Source of the DNA: an uncultured Elioraea sp.
GTDB lineage: Bacteria > Pseudomonadota > Alphaproteobacteria > Acetobacterales > Acetobacteraceae
Direction: 5' to 3'
Length of the DNA: 33,303 nucleotides
Assembly: GCA_937995555.1 (NCBI GenBank)
Contig: CALKJX010000082.1
Coordinates: 1 to 33,303, forward strand
Position 1 is the stretch's first letter; each line of letters begins with the position of its first letter. The position numbers and the translations under genes are program-made. The notes beneath the pieces were generated by a model. The model did no database searches. It was not told the origin of the DNA and worked only from the letters and a program-made list of their open reading frames with translations. Positions 1-12,664 of the stretch are shown here, one piece after another.

Positions 1-12
1 ATCGTCCAGTGA
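1..12 (+). CDS. tuf: Probable 3' end of elongation factor Tu (truncated by the window)
   Basis: ATC GTC CAG TGA (IVQ*) resembles the EF-Tu C-terminus and lies 80 bp upstream of rpsJ, the usual str-S10 synteny. Only 4 codons are visible. Confidence 0.5.
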   Translation: MVQ

Positions 13-92
13 CGGGCTGAGATCAGGCGAAGGAGAGGGCGGCGCGCGCACCTCCGGCCGGAGCGGGCCGCGTGCGCACGAGGCGAGGGATC

Positions 93-401
93 ATGGACAA
101 CCAGAACATCCGCATCCGCCTGAAGGCGTATGATCACCGCGTGCTCGACACGAGCACGCGGGAGATCGTGAACACGGCCAAACGCACGGGCGCGCAGGTG
201 CGCGGCCCGATCCCGTTGCCGACACGGATCGAGCGCTTTACCGTGAACCGCTCCCCGCACGTGGACAAGAAGAGCCGCGAGCAGTTCGAGATCCGCACGC
301 ACCGCCGGCTGCTCGACATCGTCGATCCGACGCCGCAGACCGTGGACGCGCTGATGAAGCTCGACCTCGCCGCCGGCGTCGATGTCGAGATCAAGGTCTG
401 A
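93..401 (+). CDS. rpsJ: 30S ribosomal protein S10
   Basis: [15 protein letters not shown]...[18 protein letters not shown]; ATG at 93 after GAGGGA. Confidence 0.99.
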   Translation: MDNQNIRIRLKAYDHRVLDTSTREIVNTAKRTGAQVRGPIPLPTRIERFTVNRSPHVDKKSREQFEIRTHRRLLDIVDPTPQTVDALMKLDLAAGVDVEIKV

Positions 402-411
402 GGGCCGGGCC

Positions 412-1086
412 ATGCGGACGGGTGTAATCGCACGCAAGCTGGGAATGACCCGGCTGTTCAACGATGACGGCACGCATGTGCCCGTCACGGTGCTGCTGCT
501 CGACGAGGTGCAGGTGGTCGCGCAGCGTACCCCCGAGAAGGACGGCTACGCGGCGGTGCAGCTCGGCATCGGCCGCGCGAAGGCCAAGAACACCGGCAAG
601 GCGCTGCGCGGGCATTTCGCCAAGGCGAAGGTCGAGCCGAAGGCGAAGCTCGTCGAGTTCCGCGTCGACCCGTCCGTGATGCCGGAGATCGGCGCGACGC
701 TGTCGGTGGACCATTTCGTGAAGGGCCAGAAGGTCGATGTCACTGGCACGACCAAGGGCAAGGGTTTCGCGGGGCCGATGAAGCGTTGGAACTTCCGCGG
801 CCTCGAAGCCTCGCACGGCGTGTCGATCAGCCATCGCAGCCACGGCTCGACGGGCCAGCGCCAGGATCCGGGCAAGACCTTCAAGACCAAGAAGATGGCT
901 GGCCATCTGGGCGACGAGCGCGTCACCACGCTCAACCTCGAGATCGCCTCCGTGGATGCCGAGCGCAACGTGATCATGGTGCGCGGCGCGGTGCCGGGCG
1001 CGAAGGGCTCCTACGTGCTGGTGCGCGATGCGGTGAAGCGCGCGCGGCCCGCCGAGGCGCCTCTGCCCGCCGGCGTGAAGGCGTGA
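412..1086 (+). CDS. rplC: 50S ribosomal protein L3
   Basis: [35 protein letters not shown]; start set at ATG 412. Confidence 0.99.
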   Translation: MRTGVIARKLGMTRLFNDDGTHVPVTVLLLDEVQVVAQRTPEKDGYAAVQLGIGRAKAKNTGKALRGHFAKAKVEPKAKLVEFRVDPSVMPEIGATLSVDHFVKGQKVDVTGTTKGKGFAGPMKRWNFRGLEASHGVSISHRSHGSTGQRQDPGKTFKTKKMAGHLGDERVTTLNLEIASVDAERNVIMVRGAVPGAKGSYVLVRDAVKRARPAEAPLPAGVKA

Positions 1087-1093
1087 GGACACG

Positions 1094-1729
1094 ATGAAGA
1101 AGACGGTGATCACGCTCGCCAATCAGCCCGCCGGCGAGCTCGACCTGCCCGAGGCGCTGTTCGGCGCCGAGCCGCGGGCCGACATCATGGCGCGCGTGGT
1201 GCACTGGCAGCTCGCCAAGCGGCGCGCCGGCACGCACAAGGTCAAGGGCATGGGCGAGGTCAGCGGCACGACCAAGAAGCCCTACAAGCAGAAGGGCACG
1301 GGCCGCGCGCGCCAGGGCTCGCTGCGCTCGCCGCAGTTCCGCACCGGCGGCGTGGTGCATGGTCCGGTCGTGCGCGACCACGGCTATGCGCTGCCCAAGA
1401 AGGTGCGGCGGCTCGGGCTGATCTCGGCGCTCAGCCAGAAGGCGCGCGAGGGCAAGCTCGTGGTGCTGGAGGCGGCCGCCGCGGACGGCAAGACGGCGTC
1501 ACTGAAGAAGCAGGTGACGGCGCTCGGCTGGCGGTCCGCGCTGGTGATCGACGGGGTAGCGCTCGACCAGGGCTTTGCGCGCGCTGCGCGGAACATTCCG
1601 GGGCTCGATGTGCTGCCGGCGGTCGGCGCGAATGTCTACGACATCCTCCGCCACGACGTGCTGGCGGTGACGAAGGCGGCGGTCGAGGGCCTCGCCCAGC
1701 GGCTCGGCGCCGAGGAGACGGCAGGATGA
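1094..1729 (+). CDS. rplD: 50S ribosomal protein L4
   Basis: [25 protein letters not shown] motif; synteny. Confidence 0.99.
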   Translation: MKKTVITLANQPAGELDLPEALFGAEPRADIMARVVHWQLAKRRAGTHKVKGMGEVSGTTKKPYKQKGTGRARQGSLRSPQFRTGGVVHGPVVRDHGYALPKKVRRLGLISALSQKAREGKLVVLEAAAADGKTASLKKQVTALGWRSALVIDGVALDQGFARAARNIPGLDVLPAVGANVYDILRHDVLAVTKAAVEGLAQRLGAEETAG

Positions 1730-2067
1730 CCGACGAAACCGCAGAGCCCTCGCCGAAGGCGGCGCGCCGGATCTCGCCTGAGCGGATGTACCAGGTCGTG
1801 CTGAGCCCGGTGATCACCGAGAAGGCGACCGCGCTGACGGCGGCCAACCAGGTTGTGTTCCGCGTGCCGCTGGACGCGACCAAGCCGGAAATCCGGGCTG
1901 CCGTCGAGGGGCTGTTCAACGTGAAGGTGCAGGCGGTCAACACGATCGTCATGAAGGGCAAGACGAAGCGGTTCCGCGGACGGCCCGGTCAGCGGTCGGA
2001 CTGGAAGAAGGCGATGGTGCGGCTGGCACCCGGCTTCTCCATCGATCTGACCACCGGGCTCGCCTGA
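1726..2067 (+). CDS. rplW: 50S ribosomal protein L23
   Basis: [30 protein letters not shown]; ATGA overlap with rplD. Confidence 0.98.
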   Translation: MTDETAEPSPKAARRISPERMYQVVLSPVITEKATALTAANQVVFRVPLDATKPEIRAAVEGLFNVKVQAVNTIVMKGKTKRFRGRPGQRSDWKKAMVRLAPGFSIDLTTGLA

Positions 2068-2083
2068 GCGGGAGCGGGGAACG

Positions 2084-2917
2084 ATGGCGCTCAAGCAGTT
2101 CAAGCCGGTCACGCCGAGCCTGCGCGGCACGGTGCTGGTGGACCGGTCCGGCCTCTGGAAGGGCAAGCCGGTCAAGGGGCTGACGGTCGGCAAGCCGTCC
2201 TCCGGCGGGCGGAACAACCACGGCCACACCACCGTGCGGTTCCGCGGTGGCGGCCACAAGCGATCGTACCGGGTCATCGATTTCAAGCGGCGCAAGTTCG
2301 ACGTGCCGGCCACGGTGGAGCGGATCGAGTACGATCCGAACCGTTCGGCCTGGATCGCGCTGATCAAGTATGCCGATGGCGAGCTCGCCTACATCCTCGC
2401 CCCGCAGCGGCTGAAGGCGGGTGATGCGGTGATCTCGGGCGCGCGCGCCGACATCAAGCCGGGCAACGCGATGCCGATGGGTGCGATCCCGGTCGGCACG
2501 ATCATCCACAACATCGAGATGAAGCCGGGCGCCGGCGGCAAGATCGCGCGCGCGGCGGGCACCTACGCGCAGCTGGTCGGCAAGGATGCGGGCTACGCGC
2601 AGATCAAGCTCTCCTCGGGCGAGCTGCGTACGGTGCGCGCGGAGTGCATGGCCTCGATCGGCGCGGTGTCGAACCCCGACAACAGCAACCAGCAGATCGG
2701 CAAGGCCGGGCGCATGCGCTGGCTCGGGCGGCGGCCGCACAACCGCGGTGTGGCGATGAACCCGATCGACCACCCGCATGGCGGCGGCGAGGGCCGCACT
2801 TCGGGCGGGCGCCATCCGGTGACACCGTGGGGCAAGCCGACCAAGGGCGCGAAGACGCGCCAGAACAAGCGGACGGATGGGCTGATCATCCGCCGCCGCA
2901 ACGCGACGAAGGGCTGA
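2084..2917 (+). CDS. rplB: 50S ribosomal protein L2
   Basis: [35 protein letters not shown]. Confidence 0.99.
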   Translation: MALKQFKPVTPSLRGTVLVDRSGLWKGKPVKGLTVGKPSSGGRNNHGHTTVRFRGGGHKRSYRVIDFKRRKFDVPATVERIEYDPNRSAWIALIKYADGELAYILAPQRLKAGDAVISGARADIKPGNAMPMGAIPVGTIIHNIEMKPGAGGKIARAAGTYAQLVGKDAGYAQIKLSSGELRTVRAECMASIGAVSNPDNSNQQIGKAGRMRWLGRRPHNRGVAMNPIDHPHGGGEGRTSGGRHPVTPWGKPTKGAKTRQNKRTDGLIIRRRNATKG

Positions 2918-2920
2918 GCG

Positions 2921-3199
2921 ATGCCGCGTTCCGTCTGGAAGGGACCGTTCGTGGACGGCTACCTCCTCACCAAGGCCGAGGCGGCCCGCGCGTCGGGGCG
3001 CAACGAGATCATCAAGACCTGGTCGCGTCGGTCGACGATCATGCCGCAGTTCATCGGCCTGACCTTCGGCGTCTACAACGGCCGCAAGTTCATCCCCGTG
3101 CAGGTGACCGAGCAGATGGTCGGCCACAAGCTCGGCGAGTTCGCGCCCACCCGCACCTTTTCGGGCCACGCGGCGGACAAGAAGTCGAAGCGGAGCTGA
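2921..3199 (+). CDS. rpsS: 30S ribosomal protein S19
   Basis: [31 protein letters not shown]. Confidence 0.99.
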   Translation: MPRSVWKGPFVDGYLLTKAEAARASGRNEIIKTWSRRSTIMPQFIGLTFGVYNGRKFIPVQVTEQMVGHKLGEFAPTRTFSGHAADKKSKRS

Positions 3200-3203
3200 G
3201 GCG

Positions 3204-3599
3204 ATGGGCAAGATCGGCATGCCGCGCAGGCTGGGCGAGACGGAGGCGCAGGCGATCGTGCGCAATCTCCGCGTCAGCCCGCGCAAGCTCAACCTGGTGG
3301 CCGAGATGATCCGCGGCCTGCCGGCGGCGGAGGCGCGCGCCGCGCTCACGTTCTCGAAGCGTCGCATCGCCCAGGCGGTGAAGAAGGCGCTCGACAGCGC
3401 GATCGCGAACGCCGAGAACAACCACGGCCTCGATGTGGATCGGCTGACGGTGCGGGAGGCGACCGTCGGGCGGTCGGTGGTGATGAAGCGGTTCCATGCG
3501 CGCGGCCGCGGCCGTGCGGCGCGCGTCGAGAAGTGGTTCAGCCATCTGACGATCGTGGTGCGCGAGCGCCCGCAGGCGGCAAGCGAAGGAGCCCGCTGA
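3204..3599 (+). CDS. rplV: 50S ribosomal protein L22
   Basis: [30 protein letters not shown]. Confidence 0.99.
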   Translation: MGKIGMPRRLGETEAQAIVRNLRVSPRKLNLVAEMIRGLPAAEARAALTFSKRRIAQAVKKALDSAIANAENNHGLDVDRLTVREATVGRSVVMKRFHARGRGRAARVEKWFSHLTIVVRERPQAASEGAR

Positions 3600-3600
3600 G

Positions 3601-4278
3601 ATGGGTCAGAAGGTCAATCCGGTCGGCATGCGGATCGGCATCAACCGCACCTGGGACAGCCGCTGGTTCGCCGACAAGGACTACGCGCAACTCCTCCACG
3701 AGGACCTGAAGCTCAGGAAGTTCCTGCGCGAGAAGCTCGCCCAGGCCGGGGTGGCGCGCGTGGTGGTCGAGCGTCCGGCGAAGAAGCCGCGCGTGACGAT
3801 CTATGCCGCGCGTCCGGGTGTGATCATCGGCAAGAAGGGCCAGGACATCGAGAAGCTGCGCCAGGAGCTGAAGGCCCTGGCCGGGGCGGAGGTGCAGCTC
3901 AACATCGTGGAGATCCGCAAGCCCGAGATCGAGGCGGTGCTGGTGGCCGAGAACATCGCCCAGCAACTGGAGCGGCGTGTCAGCTTCCGCCGCGCGATGA
4001 AGCGCGCGGTGCAGTCGGCGATGCGGCTCGGCGCGCAGGGCATCCGCATCAACTGCGCGGGCCGTCTGGGCGGCGCGGAGATCGCACGCGTCGAGTGGTA
4101 TCGCGAGGGGCGCGTGCCGCTGCACACGCTCCGCGCCGACATCGACTTCGGCATCGCCACGGCGAAGACCACCTATGGCACCTGCGGCGTGAAGGTGTGG
4201 GTGTTCAAGGGCGAGGTGATGGCGCACGACCCGATGGCGATGGATCGCCGCGCGGCCGAACAGGCGCCGCAGCGCTGA
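3601..4278 (+). CDS. rpsC: 30S ribosomal protein S3
   Basis: [36 protein letters not shown]. Confidence 0.99.
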   Translation: MGQKVNPVGMRIGINRTWDSRWFADKDYAQLLHEDLKLRKFLREKLAQAGVARVVVERPAKKPRVTIYAARPGVIIGKKGQDIEKLRQELKALAGAEVQLNIVEIRKPEIEAVLVAENIAQQLERRVSFRRAMKRAVQSAMRLGAQGIRINCAGRLGGAEIARVEWYREGRVPLHTLRADIDFGIATAKTTYGTCGVKVWVFKGEVMAHDPMAMDRRAAEQAPQR

Positions 4279-4307
4279 GCCGGTCCAGGAATCACAGGTA
4301 GACGACG

Positions 4308-4727
4308 ATGCTGCAGCCGAAGAAGACAAAGTGGCGCAAGGCCCACAAGGGCCGGATCCACGGTGACGCGAAGGCCGGCACCACGCTGAACTTCGGCTCC
4401 TACGGGCTGAAGGCGCTGGAGCCGGAGCGGATCACCGCGCGCCAGATCGAGGCCGCGCGGCGGACGATCACGCGCCAGATGAAGCGTCAGGGCCGCGTGT
4501 GGATCCGCATTTTCCCCGACGTGCCGGTGTCGAAGAAGCCGGCCGAGGTGCGCATGGGTTCGGGCAAGGGCAGCCCGGAGCTCTGGGTGTGCCGGGTGAA
4601 GCCGGGGCGGATCATGTTCGAGCTCGATGGCGTGACGGCCGAGGTCGCGCGTTCGGCGCTGGAGCTCGCCGCGGCCAAGCTGCCGATCAAGACGAAGGTC
4701 GTGGCGCGGATCGGGCTGGAGGGGTGA
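4308..4727 (+). CDS. rplP: 50S ribosomal protein L16
   Basis: [29 protein letters not shown]. Confidence 0.99.
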   Translation: MLQPKKTKWRKAHKGRIHGDAKAGTTLNFGSYGLKALEPERITARQIEAARRTITRQMKRQGRVWIRIFPDVPVSKKPAEVRMGSGKGSPELWVCRVKPGRIMFELDGVTAEVARSALELAAAKLPIKTKVVARIGLEG

Positions 4728-4730
4728 GCG

Positions 4731-4934
4731 ATGACCAAGCCGGCTGATCTCCGGGCGAAGAGCCCGGACGAGCTGAAGGACATGCTGATCGCGCTCAGGC
4801 GCGAGCAGTTCAACCTGCGTTTCCAGCGGGCCACCGGCCAGCTCGAGAGCACCAACCGCATCCGCGTGATCCGGCGCGACATCGCGCGGATCAAGACGAT
4901 CCTGGGCGAGCGCGCTGCCGCGCCGGCCGCCTGA
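4731..4934 (+). CDS. rpmC: 50S ribosomal protein L29
   Basis: [23 protein letters not shown]. Confidence 0.98.
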   Translation: MTKPADLRAKSPDELKDMLIALRREQFNLRFQRATGQLESTNRIRVIRRDIARIKTILGERAAAPAA

Positions 4935-4945
4935 GGGGGAGAGAC

Positions 4946-5218
4946 ATGCCGAAGCGCGTTCTGACGGGCCGTGTCGTCAGCGACAAGATGGACAAGACCG
5001 TGACGGTTCTTGTCGAGCGTCGCGTGATGCACCCGCTGTACAAGAAGTTCATCCGCCGGTCGAAGAAGTACGCCGCGCACGACGAGGCCAACCTGTGCAA
5101 GGAGGGCGACGTGGTGCGGATCGAGGAGTGCCGCCCGATCAGCGCGCGCAAGACCTGGCAGGTGATCGAGCGCAACGGCGCGCCGCTCGCGGCCGGCGCG
5201 GCGCAGGCCGCAGGCTGA
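4946..5218 (+). CDS. rpsQ: 30S ribosomal protein S17
   Basis: [26 protein letters not shown]. Confidence 0.99.
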   Translation: MPKRVLTGRVVSDKMDKTVTVLVERRVMHPLYKKFIRRSKKYAAHDEANLCKEGDVVRIEECRPISARKTWQVIERNGAPLAAGAAQAAG

Positions 5219-5231
5219 GGGGGATCGCGCC

Positions 5232-5600
5232 ATGATCCATGTCGAATCCAACCTCGACGTTGCCGACAACTCGGGCGCGCGGCGGGTGCAGTGCATCAAG
5301 GTGCTGGGCGGAGCCAAGCGCAAGACCGCATCGGTCGGCGACGTGATCGTCGTCTCGGTGAAGGAGGCGATCCCGCGCGGCAAGGTGAAGAAAGGCGATG
5401 TGCATCACGCGGTGATCGTGCGCACGGCCTATCCCGTGCGCCGCACCGACGGCTCGGCGATCCGCTTCGACCGCAACGCGGCGGTGCTGATCAACAAGCA
5501 GATGGAGCCGATCGGCACGCGCATCTTCGGCCCTGTCGTGCGCGAACTGCGCGCGAAGAAGTTCATGAAGATCATCTCGCTCGCGCCGGAGGTGCTGTGA
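5232..5600 (+). CDS. rplN: 50S ribosomal protein L14
   Basis: [25 protein letters not shown]. Confidence 0.99.
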   Translation: MIHVESNLDVADNSGARRVQCIKVLGGAKRKTASVGDVIVVSVKEAIPRGKVKKGDVHHAVIVRTAYPVRRTDGSAIRFDRNAAVLINKQMEPIGTRIFGPVVRELRAKKFMKIISLAPEVL

Positions 5601-5920
5601 TGGCTGCGAAGATCCGCAAGGGCGACCGGGTGGAGGTGATCGCCGGCGCCCACAAGGGCAAGCGCGGCGAGGTCCTGAAGGTGCTGCCCAAGGAGAGCCG
5701 CGCGGTGGTGCAGGGTGTGGCGATGGTGAAGCGCCACACCAGGCCGTCCGGCATGGGCCAACCCGGCGGCATCGTCGAGAAGGAGGCGCCGGTGCACCTC
5801 TCGAACCTGATGCTGCTCGACCCGAAGACCGACCGGCCGACGCGCGTCGGCTTCCGCATCCTCGAGGATGGGACGAAGGTGCGCGTGTCCAAGGCCGCGG
5901 GCGAAGTGATCGACGCGTGA
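5600..5920 (+). CDS. rplX: 50S ribosomal protein L24
   Basis: [16 protein letters not shown] (KOW motif), [14 protein letters not shown]; TGATG overlap with rplN, inside track ORF 5291..5920. Confidence 0.98.
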   Translation: MAAKIRKGDRVEVIAGAHKGKRGEVLKVLPKESRAVVQGVAMVKRHTRPSGMGQPGGIVEKEAPVHLSNLMLLDPKTDRPTRVGFRILEDGTKVRVSKAAGEVIDA

Positions 5921-5931
5921 CGGAGGCGGCC

Positions 5932-6504
5932 ATGGCAGAGGCCAAGGAGCAGGCGGCCCGCCCGAAGGCGCGGCTGCAGCAGTACTACGAGACGGTGGTG
6001 CGGAACGAGCTCGTGAAGGAGTTCGGCTACACGAACCCCTTCGCGGTGCCGAAGCTCGAGAAGATCGTCATCAACATGGGCGTGGGCGAGGCGGCGGGCG
6101 ATGCGAAGAAGCTCGACTCGGCGGTCGCCGACCTGACGCTGATCGCCGGGCAGAAGCCGGTGAAGACCAAGGCGAAGAAGGCGATCGCCGGGTTCAAGAT
6201 CCGCGCGGGCATGCCGATCGGCGCGAAGGTGACGCTGCGCCGCGCGCGCATGTACGAGTTTCTCGACCGTCTGGTGACGATCGCGCTGCCGCGCGTGCGC
6301 GACTTCCGCGGCGTCACCGGCAAGGGCTTCGACGGGCGCGGCAATTTCGCGATGGGACTGAAGGAGCAGATCGTCTTCCCCGAGATCAACTACGACAAGG
6401 TCGACAAGGTCCGGGGCATGGACATCGTGATCTGCACCACGGCGAAGACCGATGCGGAAGCGAAGGCGCTGCTGAAGGCGTTCTCGCTGCCCTTCGCGAA
6501 CTGA
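5932..6504 (+). CDS. rplE: 50S ribosomal protein L5
   Basis: [28 protein letters not shown]; ATG 5932 after GGAGG. Confidence 0.99.
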   Translation: MAEAKEQAARPKARLQQYYETVVRNELVKEFGYTNPFAVPKLEKIVINMGVGEAAGDAKKLDSAVADLTLIAGQKPVKTKAKKAIAGFKIRAGMPIGAKVTLRRARMYEFLDRLVTIALPRVRDFRGVTGKGFDGRGNFAMGLKEQIVFPEINYDKVDKVRGMDIVICTTAKTDAEAKALLKAFSLPFAN

Positions 6505-6559
6505 GGAAAGGCTCGGAAGACCACCGGCGCGTGCCGGCAGGTTCGGAGGACAAGAGTTC

Positions 6560-6865
6560 ATGGCCAAGACTTCTTCTGTCGAGCGCAACAAGAAGCGCGA
6601 ACGGATGGCGAAGCGGGATTCCGGCAAGCGCGCCGCGCTCAAGGCGGTGCTGCGCCAGAAGGACGCGAGCCCGGAGGAGCGCTTCGCGGCGATGCTGAAG
6701 CTCGCCGAGATGCCGCGCAACGGGTCGGCGGTGCGCGTGCGGCTGCGCTGCGCGCTCACGGGCCGCCCGCGCGGCAATTACCGCAAGTTCAAGCTGTGCC
6801 GTGTGGCGCTGCGCGAGCTCGCCTCCACCGGGCAGATCCCCGGCATGGTCAAGGCGAGCTGGTAG
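6560..6865 (+). CDS. rpsN: 30S ribosomal protein S14 (long, 101-aa type)
   Basis: [19 protein letters not shown]. Confidence 0.99.
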   Translation: MAKTSSVERNKKRERMAKRDSGKRAALKAVLRQKDASPEERFAAMLKLAEMPRNGSAVRVRLRCALTGRPRGNYRKFKLCRVALRELASTGQIPGMVKASW

Positions 6866-6885
6866 AGGACGGGAGGAGAGCAACC

Positions 6886-7284
6886 ATGGCGATCTCCGAT
6901 CCGCTGGGTGATCTGATCACCCGCATCCGCAACGCGCAGCGCTCGCGCCGCTCGTCGACGCGGGCGCCGGCCAGCAAGCTGCACGCGAACGTGTGCGAGG
7001 TGCTGAAGCGCGAAGGCTATATCCGCGCCTGGAAGATGGTCGAGGTGCGTCCGGGCGTGCGCGAGCTGGAGATCGAACTCAAGTATTCCGAGGGCGAGCC
7101 GGTGATCAAGGAGATCACCCGGGTCTCGACTCCCGGACGTCGCGTCTACTCCAAGATCAAGGAGTTGCCGCGCGTCTACAACGGGCTCGGCGTGTCGATC
7201 CTCTCCACTCCGCGCGGGGTGATGAGCGATGTCGAGGCGCGCGCCGCCAATGTCGGCGGCGAAGTGCTCTGCCGCGTGTTCTGA
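6886..7284 (+). CDS. rpsH: 30S ribosomal protein S8
   Basis: [28 protein letters not shown]; ATG 6886 after GGAGGAG. Confidence 0.99.
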   Translation: MAISDPLGDLITRIRNAQRSRRSSTRAPASKLHANVCEVLKREGYIRAWKMVEVRPGVRELEIELKYSEGEPVIKEITRVSTPGRRVYSKIKELPRVYNGLGVSILSTPRGVMSDVEARAANVGGEVLCRVF

Positions 7285-7300
7285 GGCGGGAGGAGGAGCC

Positions 7301-7834
7301 ATGTCCCGCGTTGGGAAGTATCCGGTGCCGCTGCCCGCCGGTGTCACGGTCGCGATCGCGAACCGCGTGCTGACGGCCAAGGGCAGGCTTGGCGAACTGA
7401 AGCTGCCGCTCGCCGAGGAGATCGAGGCGGCGGTCGAGAACAACGGCGTCGTCGTCAAGCCGCGCGACGATGGCAAGCGCGCGCGCGCAATGTGGGGCAC
7501 CACGCGCAGCCTGGTCGCCGGCATGGTGAAGGGCGTCAGCGAGGGCTTCGCCAAGACGCTCGAGATCAGCGGCACGGGCTTCCGCGCCGCGGTGCAGGGC
7601 AGGGATCTCGTGATGAATCTCGGCTTCAGCCACGAGATCCGTTATCCGGTGCCGGCGGGGATCAAGATCACCTGCGAGAAGCCGACCTCGATCAAGGTCG
7701 AGGGCGTGGACAAGCAGCGTGTCGGCCAGGTTGCCGCCGAGATCCGCGCCTTCCGCGGCCCAGAGCCATACAAGGGCAAGGGCGTGAAGTACGACAACGA
7801 GACGATCCTCCGGAAGGAGGGGAAGAAGAAGTAG
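7301..7834 (+). CDS. rplF: 50S ribosomal protein L6
   Basis: [25 protein letters not shown]; strong SD. Confidence 0.99.
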   Translation: MSRVGKYPVPLPAGVTVAIANRVLTAKGRLGELKLPLAEEIEAAVENNGVVVKPRDDGKRARAMWGTTRSLVAGMVKGVSEGFAKTLEISGTGFRAAVQGRDLVMNLGFSHEIRYPVPAGIKITCEKPTSIKVEGVDKQRVGQVAAEIRAFRGPEPYKGKGVKYDNETILRKEGKKK

Positions 7835-7836
7835 CC

Positions 7837-8199
7837 ATGGCGACGAAGCTCGACCTCAAGGAGCGGCGCAAGAGCCGGCTGCGCTACCAGCTCCGCCAGA
7901 AGGGCGGCGGCCGGCCGCGCCTGTCGGTTTTCCGCTCCTCCAAGCACATCTACGCGCAGGTGATCGACGATGCCGCCGGCAGGACGATCGCCGCGGCGTC
8001 GTCGCGCGATCCGGATCTGAAGGCGACGCTGCGCACGGGGGCGGACAAGGCGGCCGCCGCGGCGGTCGGCCGCGCGGTGGCGGAGCGGGCGAAGGCCGCC
8101 GGCGTCTCGGCCGTGGTGTTCGACCGCGGCGCCTATCTCTATCACGGCCGCGTGCGTGCGCTGGCCGATGCCGCCCGCGAAGGCGGGCTCGACTTCTGA
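7837..8199 (+). CDS. rplR: 50S ribosomal protein L18
   Basis: [28 protein letters not shown]. Confidence 0.99.
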   Translation: MATKLDLKERRKSRLRYQLRQKGGGRPRLSVFRSSKHIYAQVIDDAAGRTIAAASSRDPDLKATLRTGADKAAAAAVGRAVAERAKAAGVSAVVFDRGAYLYHGRVRALADAAREGGLDF

Positions 8200-8216
8200 G
8201 CGCGGGGGCCTGAGGC

Positions 8217-8804
8217 ATGGCACGGGAACCGAGGGAAGGGCGCGACCGCGGTGAGCGGCGCGAGCGCGACCGCGACGGCGACGATCTGGTCGACAAGCTC
8301 GTCGCCATCAACCGCGTCGCCAAGGTGGTGAAGGGCGGCCGGCGCTTCGCCTTCGCCGCCCTCGTCGTGGTCGGCGACAAGAAGGGGCGCGTGGGGCTCG
8401 GCACCGGCAAGGCGCGCGAGGTGCCGGAGGCGATCCGCAAGGCGACGGACTCGGCCAAGCGGTCGATGATCCGCGTGCCGATGCGCGAGGGTCGCACGCT
8501 GCACCACGACGTGATCGGCCATTTCGGCGCTGGCCGCGTGGTGCTGCGCGCCGCCCCCGCCGGCACCGGCATCATCGCCGGCGGGCCGATGCGCGCGGTG
8601 TTCGAGACCATGGGCATGGGCGACGTGGTGGCGAAATCGCTCGGCACGACGAACCCGCACAACATGGTCAAGGCGACCTTCGCGGCGCTCAGGAACGTCA
8701 ACGCCCCGCGCAGCGTGGCCGCGCGACGCGGCAAGAAGGTCTCCGACCTGATCGGCCGGCGCGACCAGCCGGCGCCCGAGGTGCGGGAGGCGGCGGATGC
8801 CTGA
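8217..8804 (+). CDS. rpsE: 30S ribosomal protein S5
   Basis: [22 protein letters not shown]. Confidence 0.99.
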   Translation: MAREPREGRDRGERRERDRDGDDLVDKLVAINRVAKVVKGGRRFAFAALVVVGDKKGRVGLGTGKAREVPEAIRKATDSAKRSMIRVPMREGRTLHHDVIGHFGAGRVVLRAAPAGTGIIAGGPMRAVFETMGMGDVVAKSLGTTNPHNMVKATFAALRNVNAPRSVAARRGKKVSDLIGRRDQPAPEVREAADA

Positions 8805-8994
8805 AGCGAAGAAGCGCGTGCGCGTCACGCAGGTGGGCAGCCCCATCAACCGTCACGCAAGCCAGCGCGAGACCCTGATCGGGCTCGGGCTGAACAAGCT
8901 GAACCGGACGCGCGAGCTCGAGGACACGCCCGCGGTGCGGGGCATGATCCGCAAGGTGGCGCATCTGGTGAAGGTGGAGGAGGTGGCGGGCTGA
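8797..8994 (+). CDS. rpmD: 50S ribosomal protein L30
   Basis: [26 protein letters not shown]. Confidence 0.98.
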   Translation: MPEAKKRVRVTQVGSPINRHASQRETLIGLGLNKLNRTRELEDTPAVRGMIRKVAHLVKVEEVAG

Positions 8995-9025
8995 GGCCCG
9001 CCGCGTCCCACCGGGAGGGAGTGCG

Positions 9026-9508
9026 ATGAAGCTCAACGAACTGCGCGACAATCCGGGCGCGCGGACGAAGTTCAAGCGGGTCGGCCGGGGCATCGGCTCC
9101 GGCAAGGGCAAGACCTCGGGCCGCGGCGTGAAGGGCCAGAAGGCGCGCACCGGCGTGGCGCTCAACGGGTTCGAGGGCGGCCAGCTGCCGATCTATCGCC
9201 GGCTGCCGAAGCGCGGCTTCGAGCCGCTGCGCCGCACGGTCTACAGCCCGCTCAACCTCGCGCGGCTGGAGAAGGCGATCGAGGCCGGGCGGATCGATGC
9301 CGAGCGGCCGATCGACGAGGCGGTGCTGCGCGCGGCCGGGCTGGTGCGCAAGGGCAAGGTCGCCGGTGTGCGTCTGCTCGCGGTGGGTTCGGTGTCGCGG
9401 CCGCTCACGCTCACGGTGGCCGGCGCCTCGGCGGCCGCGGTGGCCGCGATCGAGGCCGCTGGCGGCACGGTCACCCTGACGGCGGCGCCCCGGCCGAACG
9501 AGGGCTGA
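9026..9508 (+). CDS. rplO: 50S ribosomal protein L15
   Basis: [34 protein letters not shown]. Confidence 0.99.
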   Translation: MKLNELRDNPGARTKFKRVGRGIGSGKGKTSGRGVKGQKARTGVALNGFEGGQLPIYRRLPKRGFEPLRRTVYSPLNLARLEKAIEAGRIDAERPIDEAVLRAAGLVRKGKVAGVRLLAVGSVSRPLTLTVAGASAAAVAAIEAAGGTVTLTAAPRPNEG

Positions 9509-9642
9509 GCCGGCCAGCCGGGCGGGCCCTGCGCGGACGCGTTCACCTCATGGCGGGTGCGGCCCATCGGCGCTTGATCGCACCGGCAGGGGGCGGGCAC
9601 CTTCGCGGCCGGCCCCCGCAGATCTGATCCATCGGAGCATCC

Positions 9643-10986
9643 ATGGCCTCGGCCGCCGAACAGCTTGCCGCCAATCTTAACTTCGGCGCCTTCGCCAAGG
9701 CGACCGAACTGAAGAAGCGCCTGTGGTTCACCCTGGGCGTGCTGATCGTCTACCGCATCGGCACCTACATCCCCGTGCCGGGGATCGATGCGTCGGTGAT
9801 GGCCGAGCTCGTGCGCACGCATGGCGGTGGCATTCTCGGCATGTTCGACATGTTCACCGGCGGCGCGCTCGGGCGCATGACGGTGTTCGCGCTCAACATC
9901 ATGCCCTACATCTCGGCCGCCATCATCATGCAGCTGATGACCGCGGCGAGCCCTACGCTCGAACAGCTGAAGAAGGAAGGCGAGCAGGGGCGCAAGAAGA
10001 TCAACCAGTACACGCGCTATCTGACGGTGGTGATCGCCGCGGTGCAGGCCTACGGCATCGCGGTGGGGCTGGAGAGCATCACCGGCACGCTCGGGCCGGC
10101 GGTGGCTGAGCCCGGGCTGTTCTTCCGCTTCTCGGCCGTAGTGACGCTGGTCGGCGGCACGATCTTCCTGATGTGGCTCGGCGAGCAGGTCACGGCGCGC
10201 GGGGTCGGCAACGGCATCTCGCTGATCATCTTCTCGGGCATCGTCGCCAACCTGCCCTCGGCGCTCGCGGCCACGCTGGAACTCGGCCGGACCGGGGCGA
10301 TCAGCACCTTCGTGCTGCTGTTCCTGCTGGTGATGGCGGTGGTGGTGACCGGCGCGGTGGTGTTCGTCGAGCGCGCGCAGCGGCGCATCATCGTGCAGTA
10401 CCCGAAGCGCCAGGTCGGCAACCGGATGTTCGGCGGCGACTCGACGCATCTGCCGCTGAAGATCAACACCGCCGGCGTGATCCCGGCGATCTTCGCCTCG
10501 GCGCTGCTGCTGCTGCCGGTGACGATCGCGGGGTTCTCGGCCGAGGGCGGGCCCGAGTGGCTGCAGCCGATCACGGCGGCGCTCGCGCATGGTCAGCCGC
10601 TCTACATGATTCTCTACGCCGCGATGATCGTGTTCTTCGCCTTCTTCTATACCGCGGTGGTGTTCAACCCGACCGAGACGGCCGACAACCTGAAGAAGTA
10701 TGGCGGCTTCATCCCCGGCATCCGGCCCGGGCAGAACACCGCGGAGTACTTCGACTACGTGCTGACGCGGCTGACCACGGTGGGCGCGATCTATCTGGTC
10801 GCGGTCTGCCTGTTGCCGGAGTTCCTGATCTCGCGCTACGCGGTGCCATTCTATTTCGGCGGCACCTCGCTGCTGATCATCGTCATCGTCACGATCGACA
10901 CGGTGGCGCAGATCCAGTCGCACCTGATCGCGCACCAGTACGAGGGGCTGATCAAGAAGGCGCGGCTGAGGGGGGCACGCAAGTGA
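9643..10986 (+). CDS. secY: Preprotein translocase subunit SecY
   Basis: [34 protein letters not shown]; about 10 hydrophobic segments. Confidence 0.99.
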   Translation: MASAAEQLAANLNFGAFAKATELKKRLWFTLGVLIVYRIGTYIPVPGIDASVMAELVRTHGGGILGMFDMFTGGALGRMTVFALNIMPYISAAIIMQLMTAASPTLEQLKKEGEQGRKKINQYTRYLTVVIAAVQAYGIAVGLESITGTLGPAVAEPGLFFRFSAVVTLVGGTIFLMWLGEQVTARGVGNGISLIIFSGIVANLPSALAATLELGRTGAISTFVLLFLLVMAVVVTGAVVFVERAQRRIIVQYPKRQVGNRMFGGDSTHLPLKINTAGVIPAIFASALLLLPVTIAGFSAEGGPEWLQPITAALAHGQPLYMILYAAMIVFFAFFYTAVVFNPTETADNLKKYGGFIPGIRPGQNTAEYFDYVLTRLTTVGAIYLVAVCLLPEFLISRYAVPFYFGGTSLLIIVIVTIDTVAQIQSHLIAHQYEGLIKKARLRGARK

Positions 10987-11630
10987 ATCTGATCCTGCTC
11001 GGGCCGCCGGGTGCTGGGAAGGGCACGCAGGCCAAGCGTCTGGAGACCAGGCACGGCATCGCCCAGATCTCCACCGGCGACATGCTGCGCGCCGAGGTTG
11101 CCTCGGGCAGCGAGATCGGCCGGCAGGCGAAGTCGATCATGGAGGCCGGGCAGCTCGTGCCCGACGCGCTGATCACCGAGATGCTGGCCAGGCGGATCGA
11201 GGCGGAGGACTGCGCGCGCGGCTTCATCCTCGACGGATTTCCGCGCACGGTCGCCCAGGCCGAGTCGCTGGATCGGATGCTCGCCGCGAAGGGGCGCAGG
11301 CTCGATCATGTGATCGAGCTGAAGGTGGACGACGACGCGCTGGTGGAACGGATCTCGGGGCGCTTCACCTGCACCAAGTGCGGCGAGGGCTACCACGACC
11401 GGTTCAAGCGGCCCAAGGTCGAGGGCGTATGCGACGTCTGCGGCGGCACCGAGTTCACTCGCCGCGCCGACGACCGCGCCGAGACGGTGGCCACCCGGCT
11501 CGAGGCCTATCACCGCCAGACCGCGCCGCTGCTGCCGTACTATGAGGCTCAGGGGCGGCTGGTCAGCGTGGATGGCATGGCGGAGATGGATGAGGTGTCG
11601 CGCCAGATCGAGGCCGCGCTGGCCCGGTGA
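10983..11630 (+). CDS. adk: Adenylate kinase with a zinc-binding LID
   Basis: GTG start overlapping the secY stop; [24 protein letters not shown]; CTKC...CDVC in the LID. Confidence 0.98.
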   Translation: MNLILLGPPGAGKGTQAKRLETRHGIAQISTGDMLRAEVASGSEIGRQAKSIMEAGQLVPDALITEMLARRIEAEDCARGFILDGFPRTVAQAESLDRMLAAKGRRLDHVIELKVDDDALVERISGRFTCTKCGEGYHDRFKRPKVEGVCDVCGGTEFTRRADDRAETVATRLEAYHRQTAPLLPYYEAQGRLVSVDGMAEMDEVSRQIEAALAR

Positions 11631-11680
11631 GTGCGAAGGTCCGCCTGTGCCGGGGCGCCTGTCCCCTGCGCAGGGCGGCG

Positions 11681-11708
11681 TTGACAGCGGGGCCGCGCGG
11701 CCTATAGT
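11681..11708 (+). promoter_or_regulatory. Sigma70 promoter of the alpha (rpsM) operon
   Basis: TTGACA (11681-11686), 16-bp spacer, TATAGT (11703-11708). Confidence 0.85.
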
Positions 11709-11844
11709 GCGCGACCTCCGGCGGCCCTCCGGGTCGGCCGCCGCCGTCGTTTGTGCTGAAGGAACCCTGTCGCCACGGCCCTTGGCCGGCAGGGTCTGGC
11801 GTGCCTCCCGGGGGCGCGGATGGGCCAGGACGTGGAGCGGGGAC

Positions 11845-12222
<378 letters not shown>

Positions 12223-12274
12223 CCGATCCGGCTACCCACCCGCCGGGACCAGAGACCAAGGAAATACAGAACCC

Positions 12275-12664
12275 ATGGCGAAGCCTGCCGCGCGCGCGCG
12301 CAAGAAGGAGCGGAAGAACATCACGTCGGGTGTTGCCCACGTGAACGCGTCCTTCAACAACACCATGATCACGATCACCGACGCGCAGGGGAACGCGATC
12401 TCCTGGTCCTCGGCCGGGATGATGGGGTTCAAGGGCAGCCGCAAGTCAACGCCCTACGCGGCGCAGGTCGCGGCCGAGGATGCCGGGCGCAAGGCGCGCG
12501 ACCACGGCATGGAGGTGCTGGAGGTCGAGGTGTCGGGCCCCGGCTCGGGCCGCGAGAGCGCGCTGCGCGCCTTGCAGGCGGTCGGCTTCCAGATCACCGC
12601 GATCAAGGACGTGACCCCGATTCCGCACAATGGGTGCCGGCCGCGCAAGCGCAGGCGGGTCTGA
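12275..12664 (+). CDS. rpsK: 30S ribosomal protein S11
   Basis: [29 protein letters not shown]. Confidence 0.99.
   Translation: MAKPAARARKKERKNITSGVAHVNASFNNTMITITDAQGNAISWSSAGMMGFKGSRKSTPYAAQVAAEDAGRKARDHGMEVLEVEVSGPGSGRESALRALQAVGFQITAIKDVTPIPHNGCRPRKRRRV

Noticed and set aside
9509-9642. 134-bp rplO-secY spacer as an ncRNA
   Set aside because: Only an imperfect GC hairpin and no recognisable RNA family motif; more likely an internal promoter or leader region.
11365-11445. Four-cysteine zinc LID in adenylate kinase as a novelty
   Set aside because: Zinc-LID adenylate kinases are well known, including in alphaproteobacteria.
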